Shown: positions 1 to 12,787 of the stretch, one piece after another
Position numbering within the stretch: the first letter of the stretch is position 1
Layout of the letters: each line of letters begins with the position of its first letter
Source: Lama glama
Taxonomy: Eukaryota
NCBI GenBank assembly: GCA_028534125.1
Contig: CM052817.1
Coordinates: forward strand, 65,288,001-65,352,000
Length of the DNA: 64,000 nt
Direction: 5' to 3'
Notes under the pieces: model-generated
The model's input: only the letters and a program-made list of their open reading frames with translations
What the model was told of the DNA's origin: nothing
Database searches by the model: none
Position numbers and translations under genes: made by a program

Positions 1-292
1 CTGAAAAACTTCAACTGTTATTGTTATAGCATTATTTTTTCTTTTGCTTATGAATTCACATTTTCATATATATATGTATGTATATATATAAAGCATATGA
101 AGTAATTTTGTTCTTTAACAATCTCTTCTTATTTATTTACTATCTTGACTTTCGGCTAGATAGCTGCTATTTTCCCTATTTTGCAAATAGGGCTCAAGAA
201 ATTCAATGCTCCTCCAGAGTTTATAGTTCATGGGGGGTGTATACTCGTCTGAGTGACTCCAACTGTTTTATTTTTTAAAAAAATAATTAAAA

Positions 293-1232
293 ATTCACTA
301 ATCATCAGGAAAATACAAATCAAAATCACAATGAGATATCTCACACCTGTTAGGAAAGGCTTATTGTCAAAAAGACAAGAAAAGTAAATGTTGACAACGA
401 TGTGGAGAAAGGGGAACTCTTGTGTTGTTGAATGTAAACCTTGTGTTGGTGGGAATGCAAATTGGTGCAGCCACTATGGAAAACAGTATGGAGGTTTCTC
501 AAAAAATTTAAAACAGAACTACCATATGATCTAGCAATTCCACTGGGTATTTATCTGAAAAAAACCCAACGAATTTGAAAAGTTAGTATATGCACCCCAT
601 GTTCATTACAGCAATATTCGCAATAGCCAAGACATGGAGATAACCTAAATATTCATTGATAGATGAATGGATAAAGAAATTGTGTTTAATTCATGCAATA
701 GAGTATTATTTGGTCATAAAAGGTCCTATTTGTGACAACATGGATGGACCTTAAGGACACTATGCCAAGTGAAACAAGTCAGACAAAAAAGACAGATACC
801 ATATGATCTTACTTATATGTGGCATCTAAAAAAAAAAAACCCCACAACCAAAAAAAACAAAAACAAAAACAAAAATAATTAAGCTCATAAATAGAGAATA
901 GATTGATGGTGATCTGAGACCATGGGCAGGGAAAGTTGCATGGTGAAGAGGATCAAAAGGTACAAACTTCCAGTTATAAAATGAATAAGTCATAAAATGT
1001 AATGTACAGCATGGTGATTATAGTTAATAATACTGTTTTGCATATTTGGAAGTAGCTGGGTGAGTGCATCTTGTAAGTTCTCATTATGAGAAAAAAATTC
1101 GTAAATATGCATGGCGCTGAATGTTAACTGGATTTATTGTGGTGATCATTTGGCAATATATACAAATATCGAATTACTATGCTGTGCACCTGACACTAGT
1201 AAAATGCTATGTGAACTGTACCCCAATAAAAG
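293..1232 (+). mobile_element. LINE-1 3' fragment (ORF2 end + 3'UTR), L1MA9-like
   Basis: Typical L1 ORF2 3' text (aaatcaaaatcacaatgagatatc..., ggtgcagccactatggaaaacagtatggagg) followed by an L1MA-type 3'UTR ending in AATAAA near 1225-1230. Confidence 0.85.
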
Positions 1233-1316
1233 GTTATCCATGCAGAATTTGCAAAGATTTGGAAGAACTGGGTTCTTTACCCTTAACCCAACATCTTCCT
1301 AAAGAATGAGTGGAGT

Positions 1317-1461
1317 GAGGAGGGTACAGCTCAAGTTGTAGAGCATATGCTTAGCATGCATAAGGTCCCAGGTTCAATCCCCAGTACCTCCTCTAAAAAT
1401 AAACAACTAAAGTGAAGTATTTTCCCCCTCCAAAAATATAAAAAAGAAAAAGAAAAAAGAA
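1317..1461 (+). mobile_element. tRNA-derived SINE, camelid Vic-1-like
   Basis: ggagggtacagctcaagttgtagagc (A box) ... ggttcaatccccagtacctcc (B box), short body and A-rich tail. Confidence 0.85.
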
Positions 1462-2859
1462 ATAATACCAGTGTATGTTATTGACATGTAGAAATTACAT
1501 AGAGATGGCAGGTCGTGGCCATATTGCCAATATAGTTCTACAGTTATTTTTACAGATGAAACATTCAGTAACTAAAACAGACAGCATTGGTGTCTAAAAC
1601 ATAGGAGATATTGTCAAACAGCTATCTTCCCTAAAACATAAACTCGACCAACTTTGGTGTCAGATCTTGGCATGTACTCTTTTTGCTCTTTAAGGCAGGA
1701 TCTGATTTTTAACTTTTCCATATTTCTTTCCATGCCCACATTTTTTTTTCTTCTGATTTTGACTATTCCTTTTAGGTATTTCAATTATTAGTGAAGAAAT
1801 ATCTCAAATAGGAACTTACTTTAGTGAACTACTTAGCTTTATTAGCTTGAAGATGATTCAACTGCTTACAGCCAATGCCTGCCTGTTCCACCTGCTTCTT
1901 TCCTCCTTTCTTGCCTGATACAGTTGGCCATTGAGGTTCTAAGTGTAGGAACCCTGAAAGATTGCCACATATTCCCTTATAAGAAAAGGCTTACTCAGCA
2001 TTTTAAGAATCCTGTTTTAAGATTCTATCCATTTGCTTACTGTGGTTTGCTGCTAATAAAAGTGCTTTAAAAATAATGAAGATAAAATTCATTAGACTCT
2101 AATTGCATTTAGTCTCTCTACTACCTTTCCTAAATCCTTCTTGTTAAAATAAACTATTGCTATTTTATTTGTTATAGGTTGCATTTTTAGAGAAAGTTCT
2201 GGCATGATCTTTATTTAGTACAACTTCCATCAATTTTACATTTAAAACAGCAAAAGGAATTTTATCATAAACAATACCCAGTGAATAAGGAGTTACAAAA
2301 ATTCTCAGGTAATTTTTTTCTAGATTCTTTATTTCCTTTTCACTTCGCGTCAATGAGTTACTCTTGCTTTCAAGTTACTTCCCTAATAACAGAAAAGTCT
2401 GTCGACTATACTTTTCCAGATGTTCAAAATACAACTATGAAAAGCTTTTGAGAGCCCTTTCTCTCGGGCTGAGCCAATATGAAATAAGATTTTAGTCACC
2501 TGAGAGCCTCTTGGCCTCCCCAACTCCTTTTGATGTCTCTCCTCTCATCCTTCAGTGACATCTTGACAGTCACAGCTCTTCCAGGCCACCCAGTTATTTT
2601 ATTACCTTTGTGCAGAAAATGTTACTCAGATGAAAAATATATTAATATCCTTATCTCTAATCTCTAAGAAGGAATCTATAATAAAATAGTAACCACATTT
2701 CCATACATATCACCTTACCCTCAGATATTCCATCACTAGAAAACACTGGCAGATAGGAATAATGTGGATAGATTCATGACCTAGGAAACTTCCAGAACTC
2801 CTGCTGGGGCAAAGATAGTTTTCTCCACAGTCTTGGGTGACAGTAGCTATTTTTTTTTT

Positions 2860-3450
2860 TTGAATAAGACTCATCCATCTTTCCTTTTACTTTTGGCATG
2901 CAATATCTTTAAGACCTTTTCTTCTACAATCGGAAAATATTAGAGACGTGTTTCAGGGTGCCTGCCATTGCAATAGTTTATTGGACTAGAAACGGGTAAG
3001 TGACCCAAAGGCCATAAAGGCACGAACTGGTCAGCATCCTGGGAGGTCTGTAACAGAGAAACCTGGCCAGGCAGAGTCTCTGGTGAGACTTTTGCGCTAA
3101 GAAACTTGGTGACAATGGAAACCAGCTACAGGATTTGAGCTGAAAAGTCACACTGAGTAGGGGTTAGGGCAATTGTTTTGAGGCTACGTGCAAGGTGGGT
3201 AAACAAAGGAAGCAGAGACAGAATGGTGCAGACTCACAGAAAGAGGCAGAAGAGAGAAATCACAAGTCTTGAAGAGAGAAAACAAAGGACAGAGAGAGTG
3301 AGCTTGGACCTTGAGTTTTTGCTGTCCGTATTTCAAGAAGCTCAGTTTTCTTTGGCTTCTTGATATTGAAGTCTGTGAAATCCCTTTGTCCTAAAAGTAA
3401 GCCTCTTTTTTTTTTTCATTTTACTTAAGTTAGAGTAGGTTTCTGTTCTT
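2860..3450 (+). mobile_element. Highly diverged ERVL/MaLR-type LTR remnant
   Basis: gtgacccaaaggcc motif, purine-rich middle and 3' ...cttaagttagagtaggtttctgttcttg resembling ERVL/MaLR LTR ends; family uncertain. Confidence 0.35.
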
Positions 3451-4134
3451 GAGTAGTGGGGTAGTATTTTGACACAGTCACTGAGGTGTTGGTTTTGCTC
3501 AAGGCTTCTGGTTCTCCTTCTTTCCCCCATTTGGGCAGCAGAAAGGGCTTCCCACATTCCACAGCCAGGGGACAGGGTCAGAAACCTAAATGAGGAAAGA
3601 CATTCAAAGCTTAGCGTTTGCACTTATTAGGTAGACTTTCACAAATGTGTGGCAGAGACAATCACTCTGAGAGAAAAGACTTTTCAGGGATCAAAGACCA
3701 AAATTTCAGGCTGCCTGGACCACAGAGAGGGGAAGGAGGAAGGATGACCCTGAAGGACTAAGGTTTGTCAAAACCTTGATTTGACTAAGACATCAATGAA
3801 TTTGTTTGAGTTTTATCCAGAAGTGAGTGAATTAAATTTTTGGCCATCAGGAAGAATTGGGGACTGAGAAAGAAATAACTCCATCCATAGACCAAATTAA
3901 ATTTAAAGGCAATTTAAAAGAAAGAGTTATATTTTTCTCTCTGAGTTTATAGCCTATGAAAATTGGACCCAGAGTAACAAGCCATAAGAACACATAGCAA
4001 TTCAGGAGGGAGGTTATACAAAGAAACAAAAATAATGTCTTTCCTCTTCCAACAATTACACATAACGTTCTAGGATGGGCACTCCCACATAAAACCCTGT
4101 GGAGGGGGCAGTCTCCACCTATCAAAGAATAGAA

Positions 4135-4330
4135 TAATAGCTAACGTTTACTAAATACTTGTCACTACTGAACCCTGCAATAAGAATTCTACTCCAGCTA
4201 TCTCATTTAATCTACACCTACCACAATTCTCTCATTTAATCTGTATCTACCACATGGCAGTAAGCTTATCATTATCCCCACTTTACAGATGAGGAAGCAG
4301 GTCTAAAGAGACGCCTGTGGTTTCAAAGCC
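4135..4330 (-). mobile_element. MIR SINE
   Basis: MIR core in reverse (attatccccactttacagatgaggaagcagg); includes a small ~29-bp-period tandem duplication at 4201-4254. Confidence 0.7.
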
Positions 4331-4459
4331 ATCAAGCCACACTCTGCTATAATCACATACTTGCCAGCTCCTCCAGGATGATAAACTCCTTGAGTGGCAT
4401 CTGAGTACCAGTAGTGCTATTCAAGAACCAGTTTTCTTCACAGTCTCTGGGAAGCATTT

Positions 4460-4975
4460 TAATATCAGGGAAAAGTCATAGACTTTGGTATCAAACTTGG
4501 GTTTTAAGCCTGTGTTAAACTAATTAAACATCTTTGCCATTAGACTGAGGTGGCTCTGATGCTGTGGTAGCAACTCAGAATTTAAGCCTGTAGATGCCCC
4601 AAGTTTATGAAACTGGAACCTAAGGACAACCAATCACAAACAGCCAACTAAGCTTTAAGGTATAACCAATCACATACTTTCCTTTCTTTTCTTCCTGATA
4701 AGCTCATGGCGCTGCAGCATTCCTAACACCTTCCAGCTTGGGGTTGCCCTGTTAACATCAGTGTGTGCTCAAATAAACTCTTAAAATTTTTAATATGCCT
4801 CGGTTTTCTTTTAATAGCTGGCTCCATTAAACATAAGCACGAGCAGGCGGAGAAGTTAAACCTCTTTGAGCCTCACTTTTCTCATCTATAAAGAGGAGCT
4901 ATTATGCCTCACTTGCAAGTTGTCATAAAATTAAACAATGCAATGTATGTAGTGAGTGCATAGCATGTGTTCACT
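4460..4975 (+). mobile_element. MIR SINE split by an LTR insertion
   Basis: ggaaaagtcatagactttgg...gggttttaagcctg | gctcc...aacctctttgagcctcacttttctcatctataaa; the halves join across 4513-4816. Confidence 0.7.
4513..4816 (+). mobile_element. ERV1-class solo LTR (MER34/MER39-like 3' end)
   Basis: Starts TGTTAAA, ends cttttaata (near-inverted termini); two AACCAATCACA CCAAT boxes; tgctcaaataaactc poly(A) signal; flanks cctg/gctg fit a 4-bp TSD with one mismatch. Confidence 0.7.
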
Positions 4976-6609
4976 TGATAGGAACTTTATTTACCCAATG
5001 CCTAGCTCATCGGGGGTACTCAGCAAAGGCTAGCTGAATAAATGAGTGCATAAGAACCACCCATATCCAAGCATTAAGAATTATTATTTAGAAAACTTAT
5101 TATTTGTTTCATAAAATAGAGATTTTGATCTGAGGAAATACTATTGGAAAAGAGAATGCTCTTTTAACTGAATTGGGAGAAAAGGGGATATTTCAACCAT
5201 TTATTGTCTGTTGATTCCTACCCATGTTTTATTTGGAAAATATTCCCATACAGAGGCTATCCCTGTGGTAAAGCATTAACAAATGAAGCCAAATGTCATT
5301 GTCTGTCTCATTTTCTCATTCATGTGGACCTTTAGTTGATCACATTAGGGGGCACAGTCTTTCTCTATGCTCTATATTTTTCCATTTTTCAATGGCTCTC
5401 TACTCTGCCTTCCTTATTTAATTAAGGATTGGCTACTTATCAGGCAGCAGAAGAATCCTCTTCCGCTGCCTTCCGTTTTGCAAAGTTTAAGGCGAGAGGC
5501 GTCTCATTTGGATTGTTCAGACCCCTCTGACTTTGCTCATTCATATTCATGAGCCCCCTGGTTGTGCTTTCTCTGTGTGAATTGCTCTGAAGAACAGATC
5601 ACTCTCCCTCAAACCCTTTGCATTCACACCAAGCTGCTTTTATAACCCTCAGGAACTTGAGCAGCAGGTGAAATCTCCATTACTGTTGGTTAGACAGGAA
5701 TACTAATTGATTTCAAATATTAACCATTATTTCCTCTAAACTTATGCTCTAAATATTTCACCTACAGCTATCGGAATTTAGGACTTTCTAAAGACAAGAA
5801 TGCTCCGATCTGAATAGAAGCCTTATAGTAGTAGAGGAGGCAAAGACAACTGTGACAGTTTAACAAGCTTAAAAATGACCCCAGATCACTACAGGGTCGA
5901 TGCCAGCATGACTGGGAGAAGAAACTTTCAAAATTTCCTCCCTCGCTCTTAGTTTTCCTCGTTCATCTTATGCTTGTAGTTTATGTTTCCTGGATCTTAG
6001 CAGTGCTATTTAAGAAGGCGATGAGAATAAAAGGCTTTTGAAATAGGTTTTAGAAATCATTTTCTTGTTCACACTCACTCTGTTTAAATGGAAGTTCAAG
6101 GAAGAGATCTGACCAACAGCACACTTCTAGCTAGTGTCAGAGCTGGGCTGAACACCCAAGGCTCCTAAACCACCCCTAGCTACAGCATGGCATGCAATGC
6201 TCGTGAAGTCAGGGGGCAGTCTGACCGAAACCACTTGGCAGGCTTAAAGGGTGCTTCACACCAGGCAGTTCTTGACTCACCTTCATCTACTGGGTTTATA
6301 AGTGTTCTTGGAACGGGTCTATCTGGGAGGACTCCTGGCTGCGGCTGGGCCTACGTCTTGGCAGCCTCTCTGGGGAGTCCCTCCTGGCAACCTGAGATGC
6401 TTCTCTCCTCTTTGCACTTTTCTCTATCCCTATCCCCACAATTGCTTGACTCAAAACAGAGGAATATCCATTCTCTCGTTAAATAGGCAGCTAGCTGGGC
6501 AAGGCTGGGATCCACATTCTGCCTTCTGGCTACAGAGGTGCTGGATTCCTGGTATCTCCAGTTGGAACTTAGAATATCCTGCCTTGGAAACGTGACATAG
6601 AGTGCGTAG

Positions 6610-6840
6610 GTTGGAGGGAGTACTGTATAATGGTTAAAATGATGGGTTTCTGCAGTTGAAAGACCTTTCTAGAGAACTTTCACTAACAATTCGCAGCTTA
6701 AGCTTAAGTTTTCCCATCTATTAGAGGTACTGCTGTGGCTGCTGCTAATAATAAATAATACCTAACTCGTGGAATTGTCGTGAAGATTAAATGAGGTAAT
6801 AACTCATCTATTACATGTTCAAAACATGTTAGTGATTATT
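6610..6840 (+). mobile_element. MIR SINE
   Basis: gtataatggttaaa... gttttcccatcta... gtgaagattaaatgaggtaata. Confidence 0.6.
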
Positions 6841-7480
6841 TTTAGCTTTATGATACACTAGCAACACATCCACGTTCAAACTGGGCTAAAAATGTCTTTT
6901 GTGGATTTGCCCAGAAATCAATGTATATTATATAAGGTTGTTTCTATGGGAAAACATTCCAATTTCTGAATGAATTTGGAACCTCATCTGTTTGTAAATT
7001 AGGGCTGCCCCTTTTCTCTGTCTCTCTTTCCTCCTTAACATCAATTAACTTAACTTCAGTTGGATATAATGACTGAAATGTCCTGAGTCATTTTTCAGAT
7101 TTCATACTCTTGTGAACCTGTTTGCAGAAAGGTATTCTGTACTTCTGTACATATACAACAGTCAACAGATTATTTGGTTTGGCTCTTTATGTAGATCGAA
7201 AGGATGGTGTGACCAGTCTCTTATTCATTTGCCCTGTAGCTATAACCCAAGTGGACTCTCTCTGTGTGTACGGGTATTTGGCATCTGCTGGCTTGGCCAT
7301 GTGGGGTGTGGGCTGATGTCTTGAAGGAACCAAGGAAGGGATCCATGATTAGTGTACTGAAAACCCAAAATACAACTGAAGGCCCCTGAGCAGTTTTGGA
7401 GACTGCTTTTGAGAAGCTAGTTTTGAATGACAGAATGTTTTAATAGTAACGTCTTAAAGAAAGGAAAAAAAGAGGCCCAG

Positions 7481-7501
7481 TGATGATGATGATGATGATG
7501 A
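7481..7501. repeat. (TGA)7 microsatellite
   Basis: Read directly from the sequence. Confidence 0.95.
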
Positions 7502-8224
7502 CCATTTCCATCATCTTCTTTCAACGGATGTACGATCCCTACTGGTATGTAATTTTGCCCAGAAAATATGATTTGCCCCATATGTACTTCAAAATGTATA
7601 AAGAGCCATAGGAACAACCAAGCTATTTCTTTTCCTTACACAGAAAAGTGTTAGAATCCACATCTGTATATACGGCAACTGGCTTGGCCGTAGGATGGGA
7701 AGCACATTCCTGGAAGAAAAGTCAAAGTGAGCATAACTTGAGAGAACTCTTTTGCTTATTGTGTTGGAGAGAAAATCAGGGGTGTTTAAATTTCATAACA
7801 GTTTAGTGTTGGAGGAAGCAATAAAGTTAAGTAGAACCATATGGAATTATCTGAATTCTCTGTTTTTTAAAGGTTTGGTTAATGCTGGAAATTATTTAGA
7901 ATTCAGGAAAGTGTTTAAAAAACAAGATACTTTAAAAAAAAAAAAGTAGGAAGGCAGAGAATTAAACAGAAACCCAATTGCACTTCCCAGGGCCTGAGAA
8001 ATAGTTACTCCTAGTAAAAGTGCCAAGAGTAGAGGATACAGGCAAAGGAGCTGACTGTGCTCCCTGACCCACAACCTCCTCCTCTCTCCTCTTCTCCTCA
8101 CAAGGGGGCCCAGTGCAGCCTGAGAACACAGTAGAGACTTAGAAGATACTGGCATGATTGAGGACTGAAAGAGGGCTCAGTGGTGGTTTAAAGGAAAGAA
8201 AAATGGACCTGTCAATTTTATTCC

Positions 8225-8900
8225 ACATTTAAGCAGCTCTAATCATTAGGCATTTCCTCCAGATATTGAAATAAAACCTGCTTATGTGAACCTCTACTCA
8301 CTGCTTCAGTTCTGCCTTCTGGTGTGAAATAGAATAAATCATATGCTTCCTCTGAATGACAACTCTTCAAACATTTACATCCCTGTGTGATCCCAGGTTC
8401 CATCACTGTGCCTCCATTACATTCCTACCTGTCCCAAGACATCTCTAATTTTATTTATTTGGTTAAATATCACTGATTTCTTCAACTATCCATCATATAA
8501 CCTGTTTTATAGATACTTTATTCTCCTGGCTTCTGGAGGCATTACAGGTGGTCAACAGCCTTTGAAAATGTTGGCTGGGACAAAGTATTTCAGATCCAGG
8601 GTGGCCATTTCAAAACACTGAGGGACCATCCTTGTCTTGGACACTGTGCTTCTAATTAATGGAAACTAGATTTTTTTAAAGTTTCTGGAGGCTGCATCTC
8701 ATCATCAACTCAATCTGAACTCTCATTCAGTTAAATGCCTAGGTCTTTTTCATGCTGACTTTGTTAAGACAACCTCCTTCATCCTATTCTTCTGTGGTTA
8801 ATTGAAAAGTATTATCTTGAAACCTTATTCTGACTCCTATTAAATTTCATTTTATTTGTTCAGCTTACTGTTCCAGCATGACCTAATCTTTCTGAATCTT
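8225..8900 (-). mobile_element. L3/CR1 LINE fragment
   Basis: Reverse-strand CR1-like text (cagctctaatcattagg, gaatgacaactcttcaaacattt, ctaggtctttttcatg, ctattaaatttcat). Confidence 0.6.
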
Positions 8901-9109
8901 AATTTCTGCCATCAAAAGCATATTTTCTTTCCTACAACTGTGGCATATGCTGATACAATAAACATGCCTTCTGTGCTTAATAGAAATGTCAATTGAAATA
9001 ATAATGAGGTTGCATTTTACATAATAAATTAGAAAAGAAGAAAAAGAATGAGACAGGTGTTGGGGGGAAGAGACACTTTCATAAACTATGAGTAGGAGCA
9101 TAGATTAAT

Positions 9110-9600
9110 GCAAATATCCTGGAAAGCAATTTGACAATAGGTAGCAAAATGTCAAAGAATGCACATTGTTTTTGAAGTACAATTTCTCTTCCAGGAAAGA
9201 ATGCAAAAGGATTAATTTGATGAGTGAGAATAGGATATTTATTTCAATGTAATTTAGACTACCAAAAAATTAAGGAAATCTAAATGTGTCAGCAGTGGAT
9301 TGAGTTAAATTCTGTGTAAGCTGTAAAATGGGATATTAAGCAGCCAGTAAAAATAATACTGCATTCTTACATGGTTAAGTGGGAAAAGAAGAGACTATAT
9401 ATACGTATTTTTTCCCGTAAAAGATGAATATGTATGTATGTGATGAGTCTGTGTATATGTAGAGAAATATCTGGAAGGCCAGTTCGATAATGATTAGATA
9501 TTGGTGGTAGAATTGTAGGTGATTTTTGCATTATTGTTTATATTTTTCTCTATTGTGCAAATTTTCTAAAATGAACAAGCATTAGTTTTATAATTAGAAA
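9110..9600 (+). mobile_element. Ancient L1 (L1ME-type) 3' fragment
   Basis: ctggaaagcaatttgacaata...caatttctcttccagga...ttttctaaaatgaacaagcattagttttataattag. Confidence 0.6.
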
Positions 9601-9810
9601 AAATTCAACTTTGGATTTTGGGGGCAAAAGTTTGAATGAATCACAGTTATCTTTATGGCATAAGTTCCTCTCTAGGTTGACACAAATGCTGTAACAAATT
9701 GTCAGATCTGCATCAGAGTTACGACTTGCATAACTGTATTATTCATAGCCAAAGCCCCTCTATGTTCTGTTAAGTGGGGCCAATACCCCTTCCTCTTTAT
9801 TTTTTCACCC

Positions 9811-10452
9811 TATTGAAGGTATCTGAGGTTGGGCTCCCTCTCAAATCTCTGAAATGAAGACTGGCCTGCCAAGGTTGGTTGAGGGGTACTCTCCCCAGCT
9901 ACACTTGCATGGAGTGAAGGAAGCAGGGCTGAGAAGGGGCAGAGGTTGAACTGCAGTGCAGCTACCACAGAAGCCTCCATCATTCCTCTGAGGATATTGG
10001 AAATTGAGGTAACCATTCAGATACGTCCCTATTGAGGCAAGGGTCCAGGCTGTGTACTCTGGTCTTTTCTTTGAAAAGTTATTTTTATTTTTTATATGGT
10101 TTTTGGAGGTTACTTTCCATTTACAGTTATTACAAAATATTAGCTATATTCCCTGAGTTGTACAATACATCCTAGAACCTACCTTACACCCAACAATTTG
10201 TGTTACCCCCCTCCACCGCCGACTGGTAACCATTGGTTTGTTCTCTGTATCTGTGATGTACTCTGATCTTGACCAGTTATTGGATGTTCCAGCAGGGAAT
10301 GTAAACTTGTGTGAGACAGGTCCCTTTGAGGGCTATTCTCAAGGAAGGATTCGTCTGTGAGTCACCAGCAAAAAACCTCGGCAGCTGAGGGGAGGTGAGC
10401 ACCTTTACCCTGCAGGAGAGAATCTGGGTGATGCACCACAGGATCTACTACA
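9811..10452 (-). mobile_element. ERVL LTR16-family solo LTR, interrupted by an L1 fragment
   Basis: Reverse complement begins tgtagtagatcctgtggtgcatcacccagat and follows the LTR16 pattern (ttgcctcaat...gactgcagttcaacc...cctgcttccttcac); homologous to the LTR at 48847-49282. Confidence 0.75.
10067..10256 (-). mobile_element. 5'-truncated L1 3'UTR fragment with TSD
   Basis: T-rich tail on the left, L1 3'UTR text (ggtaaccattggtttgttctctgtatctgtga); 14-bp TSD tgtactctggtctt (10053-10066) / tgtactctgatctt (10257-10270). Confidence 0.85.
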
Positions 10453-10627
10453 GAGGGCGCTAGTGCTCTCCTGCCCTTTGTCCTAATTATCTTATGGATT
10501 TTTTTTTAAAATGAAAATAATTCCATGTTTCCCCCTCACAATCCTTTCCTCTTCCATCCCACCACTTACAGATTCCCACGGTTAAAACACCTTGATTCAA
10601 ATACGATTCTATGAAGAGCTGGACTGA

Positions 10628-10745
10628 TTCATTCATTCAATATTTATATTTAATGAGCATTTTCTATTGTGTCAGCACTGTTCTGGGTGCTGAAAACACT
10701 ACGGGGAACAAAAAACTCTTTCTCATAGGTCTTACATTCTAAGTG
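10628..10745 (-). mobile_element. L2 3' end fragment
   Basis: ttcattcattcaatattta...gagcattttctattgtgtcagcactgttctgggtgctg...cttacattcta. Confidence 0.65.
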
Positions 10746-12591
10746 GCTGACTCCTGACCATACTTAAATTTTTATGTCTCCTATCATCACTGAGGCTTTG
10801 TCACTGGGCCAGGTTGATTAACTCTACTTGTATGGTGAGTTGGCTCCCTTTAAGGAGTGATTTAGTCACATGTGGATGTAGATTTCTGACTGCTTTCCTT
10901 AAGAACTAGTCTTTCAAATGTGCCCAGGAAAGTCTGAATCCTAGCTGTGGGTTCATTTTGGTAAAAATAAACAAGTAAATAATAAGTAAACACACTAAAA
11001 GTAACTGCTTGTTATTGGGCAGGCGAAACAGCCAATTGTCGGATGACTACTCCCTTCTTCAGCACTTTCTATGGACATTTAGATACAACAGAAAACGCTG
11101 TCTCAGATTACCTCCGGTGTTGCTTTTCCTGAATAAACATGGACATTAAAATGGCTTTCTTGACTTCTATCTGCTTGGCATCTCTCTTAGATAAGTGTGA
11201 TTTGCTCTCAGGTCTCAGTTTTAAAATGAAACTGAGCAAGTGACTTTGTGCTAAGATCAGTCTTGAAAAGTGGGGGAAGATTGAGAAAATTGGGAAGATG
11301 ATTTCTCGCAGTGGTACAATTCCCACATTTTGCAAAGTAAGACCACACTATTTGAGAGGTGATGAAGAAATAACTTCCCTGGCTATTAAAAAAAAAAATC
11401 TAGTGGGGGAGAAATGAAACTGAGTGGACTGAATAGGAATGCCACATTTTTTTCTAGATTTTTTTCGTCAAGACTGAGTGAATAGTTAACCATAGAAACT
11501 AAATTACATTTTTAAGCTTATAATTATTTCTTTGTGGGGTTTTCTTTTCTTTTTTTGGTTGTTGTTAAATAAAAGTTTGGTGACTGAATTCAAAAATTTT
11601 AAAACTAACACTGCAATGTTTATTCTTTCACATGAAGGTGGGGAAGGATAATTGGTGTAACTAATAAACATCATTTTGTTGACAATTATCCCTACATTCA
11701 GGGTTAGAATCACATTAAGCTCCTGTGAATATTGTGAAACTGACTGAGATACTTAGCAAAATGTTCATGCATTCATAGCAATTTTCTCCTTAAAAATAAA
11801 GCAAAAGTTAATTATGCAGATTTATATTCTGACACATTCTTGTTGATACAGATTAAAGGCTCTACATGAAACAAAGTACAGCCACAAATCAGGTAGTGTT
11901 TCTTCCTTTCAGTGGAAAATTGTATTTCTACACTGGTGAAAAACCTAAGGCTGGGAACAGTGCCATGAAATATTAAAATAATCAACAATAAAAAATATCC
12001 AGCCAATTACATAAATTTATCAGGCTAAATCGCCTAACTAATCCTCACTCTGAAGTGAGAGTTCAAGTTAAATTCACTGACCAACATTGTACAAAATAAG
12101 TAATTTTCCATGCAAGAAACATTTGTTATAAAACTAATAATGGGGTCATTGTTAATTAAGTTGATTTGTACTGCTCAGTTTTTAGCTTATCAGCACTTTT
12201 TTCAGATACTAATAAGAAGTACCCCAAGAAAAAACAGAGACTTAAATTTTTAGGCACCCTCCTCCTCCTCCCCATCATCGTTATCATCATCAATCCTACC
12301 AAAGTGTTGCATAATTCTTCAGTGAAAGTGACATTTTTGACAACTTTCCACTAAAAATAAGTGCTCTGCTGCTGTATGTTACATTAATCAGTTCCAAATC
12401 ACTTAGAATGAAAGTAGATTTGTATTTATTAAGCATCTTATTTTTACATTTATTATATTATTTCAAGAGTTTATGACTAAGATATTAAAAGGAAGAGACG
12501 TGTTCTCATTGGTGTGGATGAAAAATATTGAAAAATAGGGGAAAAGGCCTCTTCAAACTTTTACTTAAGAGCTAGTTCATTGAAGTTCTTG

Positions 12592-12744
12592 GATATTGGT
12601 TAGGGGTCTCTAGAGAAACAGAACAGTGGGATATCTACCTCTATCTGTCTATGTGTGTATGTATGCATATATCTAGGTATCTATCTTTCAACCACATATC
12701 TATCTAACCAATAGGATTGACTATCTGCCTGCCTGCCTGCCTGC

Positions 12745-12787
<43 letters not shown>

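Noticed and set aside
1317..1392. tRNA-like sequence (also 16556-16626)
   Set aside because: SINE head with body and A-rich tail; degenerate stems, so not a tRNA gene.
7417..7617. Poly-His / poly-Asp ORFs and a donor-like CTG|GTATGT near 7545
   Set aside because: Caused by the (TGA)7 microsatellite; the poly-Asp frame has a stop at 7455 and no convincing acceptor.
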